Part shown: piece after piece, positions 58,790 through 64,000 of the stretch
How positions within the stretch are numbered: position 1 is the stretch's first letter
Layout of the letters: each line of letters starts with the position of its first letter
Source of the DNA: Podarcis melisellensis
Taxonomy: Eukaryota
Length of the DNA stretch: 64,000 bases
Assembly: GCA_964234715.1 (NCBI GenBank)
Contig: OZ174286.1
Reading direction: 5' to 3' (one strand)
Program-made: the position numbers and the translations under genes
The notes under the pieces: model-generated
The model's database searches: none
Told to the model about the DNA's origin: nothing
What the model saw: only the letters and a program-made list of their open reading frames with translations

Positions 58790-59830
58790 GGACAGACCCG
58801 GAGGTTAAGATTGCTCTAGAAGAAGAGAGTAGGCCCTCCCAAGCCCTTTTTTTCAGCTGCTGCCTCCTCTCATTCTGCTGAGATGCAGTGAGAACAACGA
58901 ACCATCCACAGTCGAAGGAAATCTTGGGGGCAGGGAAGGACTTCCAGACGGTTGGATCTGGAGCTGAAAGAAATCTCCGCAACTAATTTTTGACACATGA
59001 TAACTAATTGCCAGGGCTGAATTTATCGTTTTCACCTTTGACTCCCAAGCGTTATTTACGATAAGCCGTAAGGTATCTCGAGGTGATACCAGAGCAGAAA
59101 CAAATCTTGCTATCATGACAAGGCTATTTACTGTAGCATGAAACAGCTTCTCCCCCGCCCCCCCGGCCACATTTATAATTGGGTTGCAAGAAACAGCATT
59201 AAGAGAGGGAATGAGTCAGGGAGAGAATCATATTTGTGAGAGACTCCTGGCCCAATGCAGATCGACCAGATACGGCTTTAACGACTCCAGTCATCAAATC
59301 AACAGAACCACAACAGGCTGTGCTATGAGCCGAGGTGGAGTGGGCCGGGGTGGGGGGAAAGGAGGGAGGGGGAACTCCATTGTAAAAGTGAATACAGCTG
59401 CTTCGATAATAGAACTAATTGCATATTGCATCGCAGAGCTAAATTACTAGTGAAAACAGTTGTAAAACCGACAGACAGTGGAACATAACTCACCGAGGAA
59501 TGGCTGCCAATTCTAGAAATGCACATTGGCCGGGATTCAATAGCCCACACCTGCATTTTCTGAATGGTAAATATATAATAAGGCATAATTACTAGGAAAA
59601 ATATGCAGCACTTCAAATGTGACAACACACTTCTTGTTTATTGGGATAGTGAATAGTATGTAATAAGTTTGACCCGCACTACTTCGGAGCCACCTGGGGT
59701 CAAGGCGGATGGAGCTGTAAACTAAAAAAAAAGTTTAATCCACAAGAGGGTTCCTCCCCCCCCCCCCAGTCCCTTGGCAGTATAACATAGTGGTGCTTGG
59801 AGGCTGGCACATTAACAAGATGAAAAGTTA
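58790..59830. promoter_or_regulatory. Candidate conserved developmental enhancer (SEM1-DLX5/6 domain)
   Basis: No recognisable repeat, retained CpGs, and clustered homeodomain/Six motifs; conservation not tested. Confidence 0.45.
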
Positions 59831-62800
59831 TTGCTACTAAATCTTAAGGAAGTGAAAAGGAAGACAGTATGCACAATAATTGCTATTTTAAAAAAATTAA
59901 AGCAAATCACATATTTATAGCTCAGCCTAAGTTATAGTTAGTTGGGATGTTTTTAGGTAACCTTATTCAAGCTAATAATAAAATAAACAGATGTAGACAA
60001 AGGACTTCATCTCTTTTTTTATAGCCTAATATCCATTTCCTCCTCGCCATAAAGACTATAAATTCTATTTGCAATTAGGGTTAGATATTATCCATATGTT
60101 TCTTAAAAGAGATTCATCATATTTGAGGCTCTGATTCCAGCCATGTCTTTGGGATCTAAGGACTTAACTAAAGCGCCTGTCATCTGCATGAAAGAAGAGT
60201 TCATACTGGTGAAATCTGAAAAAAACACCTTTACAAGAATGGCTACGTAAAATGGTATGCAGTGAACTTAACTAAGGGCTCAGTCTCAAAACGCAGTCCG
60301 CCATATGGAGGGATGAAGATAACACAGTGGTCTAATGTGGCCCTCTGTTCGCCACACACCAAAAGTGTGGGCAGAAATACTGTCATCAGGCTCTCTACCA
60401 ATGGCAGCCCACACAAAGTTCCAAAATGGGGACATGGGGACCGCGAGAGGAAGGGGCTGAAGTGGTACATTAGGGTAGAGCAGGGTGGAAAACCTTTCTG
60501 GCCTGCTGGGCCAGATCTTTATTTTACAAATTGTTCTGTGGATTTCCCTCCAAATAGATGCTTTTCAATGCATTTTTTAAAATATACATGTCTACTCAGA
60601 AGCAAGTCCTTCTTACTCAGTGGGGCTTACTTCTGAGAAGGTACATAGGACAGAGCTATCTGCAGAAGGCACTATATGGCATTTTCACTTTGCTGGCATC
60701 ACAAAAAAAATCGCGATGTGCAGCTATTGTAGCATCCCTTTTATCTTGTTATTCGGAGAACGTGAGCCCGCGGCTCTGGGCGGCTTTTCCATTCTTACGT
60801 CTTCCCTTCCCAAGGATCCTGGTTACACTGGACAGAGGCAGTTCTAGGGTAGCACAACCAGTGAGGCTGGTTCCAGGGGAGCCACAACAATGCTGTAGAA
60901 TGGAGTGCAAGAGGCAGAGGAGAGCCACCCACTGTCACTGAGGGCACTGCGGAAATTTGAGAGCCCAAAGTCTGTCACTGGTTTCACCATTCCCAATGGA
61001 CACCAACCACCACTGCATGCAGAATGTACTGCATTTCCACTGTGTCTAAGAGATGCATGAAGAGTTCTCTTTGTCACAGTGGGCCAACCCCATTTGATGC
61101 TTCCCAGGCTTGTTTGCCGATCAGAACACAGCTTCTAATTGGATTATGCACTTTTCCAGTTTCTGCAGTGTAGTTCTGGTGCACAAAACAATAATAATAC
61201 TATTTTATGGTTAAACTGTGCATAAAAAGTTGTACGACTGAGCTGTCAACTCTCTCTGCCCTGTTTTTATTTTTGGCTAACTCAGGTGCTAAGCCATTGG
61301 TGTGATTAACTGAAAACTCCAGAGTGCAAAGCTGAAATGTTTGCTTTACTCTTTCCGTTTTAATCGACACATGTTAAACATTAATATTTTCCCTGTATGT
61401 GTTAACCATTCAAATGGCCCTGCTGTTACATATGCATGCGTTAACGCCACTCTTCTTCGGGGGCGGGGAGGAAAGTTAAGGGTTTAAGTGTAAAACATTA
61501 AGAAAGTAAGCAGCCCTGCCAAGGCTTGGAAGATATTCAGAAAGTCATGTTATCAGCTTCTAGTTGGCAGAGCAAAAGGAATACTTCACATCCCTTGCCA
61601 GCCAGAGCTCACAAACAACCTTTTATTGCTGGCCCTCATCAGTCCCTCTTTGCTGAATAATTTTGTTCATCTAGCAATATTTTAGTAAGCTGTTGAGTTT
61701 AACCACTGTTTCTGAAGGGACTAAAAGCTGCTCTTTCTCAGGAGCCAAATATGTTTAAGTAAAGTAACAGTGATTATTCTAGGCAAAGATTTCCTCCGTT
61801 TAATCCCCTCATAACCCCAAAATGCTAGTGACATTACCACTCATTTAAGAAAACTAATGAATTTCCAAAGGAAATTAGAGAATGAGCACTAAAGTATTTG
61901 GATTATGAGAGTAATTCTGCAGGCCGTTTGCACATGAGGGGAAAGTGCAGAGAGAGGCGCCAACTCTGGCACTGTTCTCCTGTGTTCCTTCAGAGGTTGA
62001 GTGGAACAGCTCCTCTGGCTCCTCTGGTGCAGTGATTGCCACCTAAATATCGCATCCAGAAAGGGAAAAAAATCCTGGTAACATTTTACAAAGGGAAGCA
62101 AACAAAGCCAGTGTATAACTTGAGGAAAAAATAAACAGACATTTTGTTTTTCCTACCTCAGGAAGGGAGACCGTCAACCAAACATACAGGGGGGAAACTC
62201 CCTCGGAACTACGCAACCAATCAACACATGTGCTACCTTAGCAAAACTCATACCATCGTCCCTGTTTGCTATGCAACATCCCCTCCCGGCCAGTGGACTT
62301 ACTGACAAGAGAGTTAACCCCTAACTTACAAACTGAATGATCCCTGCTGTTGCACTTTCAACAGGTAGTAGTAAGCACAGTGTTTGCAAGCTGAGTGACC
62401 TCAAGATGTTTTAGACTATAGTGCTGGCTAGCTGAGGCTAATGAGACTTGTAGTCCAAAACTTCTAGCGGGCACCAGGTAGGGTTGGGAGCACTGGGCTA
62501 GGATAGGAGGGAGATTCTGAACTCATTTATCCTTGAAGCTCCCAGGATCGCCCTGAAGCAGCCACACTGTCATCCTAACCTACCACACAGGGTTGTTGTG
62601 AGGATAACATGTTGCAGGAGAGCCATGCAGCCAACCTTCAGCTCCTTGGAAGAAAGACGGGATTCAGGTGGCTGCTAACACACCAACAAAAAAAGGGAAC
62701 ACAGATTTTCATGCACTCTGTGGGAATTTAGAAATAATTCACAGAATCACAGAATTGGAAAGGACCACAAGTGCCATCTAGGACAACCCACTGCAATGCA

Positions 62801-63041
62801 GGAATACTTTTGCCTAACACGGGGCTCGAACCCATGACCTCATGCTCTACTAATGCAAACAGAAATACGTCTCACCACAGTAGGCAAGATTGTAACCAGG
62901 GGACCTGTGTGCCTGCTGCGCCTGCTGTCTGGGGGCTGTTGATGGGCTGCTTGAGGACCCCTGTTGTTCTCTCTTCTGGTGGTTCTTAATCTTTAAACTG
63001 GACTAGGCCTGGACAGCTTTTCAAATGGAGGATGGTCCTTT

Positions 63042-63285
63042 CAGTGGCAGAGCTTCATGCTCCGGCACTGGGGGGCAGAGAGCAGGCGGGGGCATGGCTG
63101 GCGCGTGTCCTGGGGGGCATGGCGCACTGCCCCTAGGGGCATGGCACGCATCTTGGGGGTGTGGTGTGCTGCCCGTAGGGGCGTGGTGCCCAGTGCGGGC
63201 AGGGGGGCAGCCGCGATGGCACCCCACCAGGATCGTGCTGCCGGGGGCAGTGCATTCCCCCCGCATGCCTCTTCCTCCGCCAGTG
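63042..63285. mobile_element. GC-rich non-autonomous hAT-like element
   Basis: CAGTGGCAGAG/CTCCGCCAGTG ends; TSD GGTCCTTT/GGTCCTCT. Confidence 0.72.
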
Positions 63286-64000
63286 GGTCCTCTGCCCTGA
63301 GAGTCATTGAAATAGAAGACTGTTGCAATGCGGCAGATGTCCACCTTAGGTGTGATATAATTTAGTGAGAAATAAACCACACACTGCATAATCTGCCCAC
63401 CCGAAAGCATCATAAGGTACAGGATATATGATTATAAGGTACAGGAGACAGATGATATAGATGATATAGATATAGATATAGATATAGATGATATAGATAA
63501 GGTCTCAAAGTTCATGCAAATGTATTGCCTTTGCTCTAACTAGTTTTCAAAGCACAGCAGCAGCAAACGAGGCCCTCAAATGAACTGAATCCGCTCTCTT
63601 CATTCAGAAGTAGAAACAACTTCCCGGCCTCAAGACAAGCTTCCAGCTACCAAACACCATGAATTCGAGAAGAAACTGTATCTTTCATACATGTTGCCAT
63701 CTCCTTTGGACTGCAAAGCGTTCTCAAATAAAATCAATAAACCAAGAACAGATGTTTCTACTGTGGCAAAGTTAGAGGGTGTCACTGAGGCTGCTGAAAT
63801 TACTGACGCCTTGAAATTTCTTAAAAATAAAATAACACCTAGGAATGCTGAATACACTGCCAGTGTCTGGAAATTCTTAGTCCATGGCAGAAAGCATGGT
63901 CCTGCTTGGAAAATCTGATGCAGTAGAAATGACTAGCTCAGTCAGAATTACAAGGCTCGACACCTCCATTCAGTGGATAAGGCAGGAGTTGCGAAAATGT

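Noticed and set aside
58285-58881. 198-aa ORF
   Set aside because: Crosses a GC-rich repeat fragment (about 58437-58610); no recognisable domain or exon structure.

Overview
Vertebrate genomic DNA, almost certainly a squamate and probably a lacertid lizard (inferred from Sauria SINEs, BovB and squamate-type hAT/CR1/L1/L2 repeats; not database-confirmed). The only host protein-coding gene I can support is SEM1 (DSS1/SHFM1). It has three coding exons on the + strand (23588-23663, 27925-28018, 30349-30391; 70 aa) and a CpG-island housekeeping promoter. The rest is non-coding, repeat-rich sequence with one N gap and several candidate conserved enhancers; in mammals SEM1 lies in the DLX5/DLX6 regulatory domain. 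Two structures stand out. (1) A very young Penelope-like retroelement insertion (42031-44838) sits in a (TA)n tract. It has 832-bp inverted arms, minimal hammerhead-ribozyme motifs, template-switch junctions clustered at the ribozyme core, and a 50-bp inverted copy of the flanking target DNA. (2) A 994-bp non-autonomous hAT transposon in SEM1 intron 2 has a perfect 8-bp TSD and a CpG-island-like interior with promoter motifs and splice sites, suggesting captured host sequence. All calls are by eye; no searches were run.
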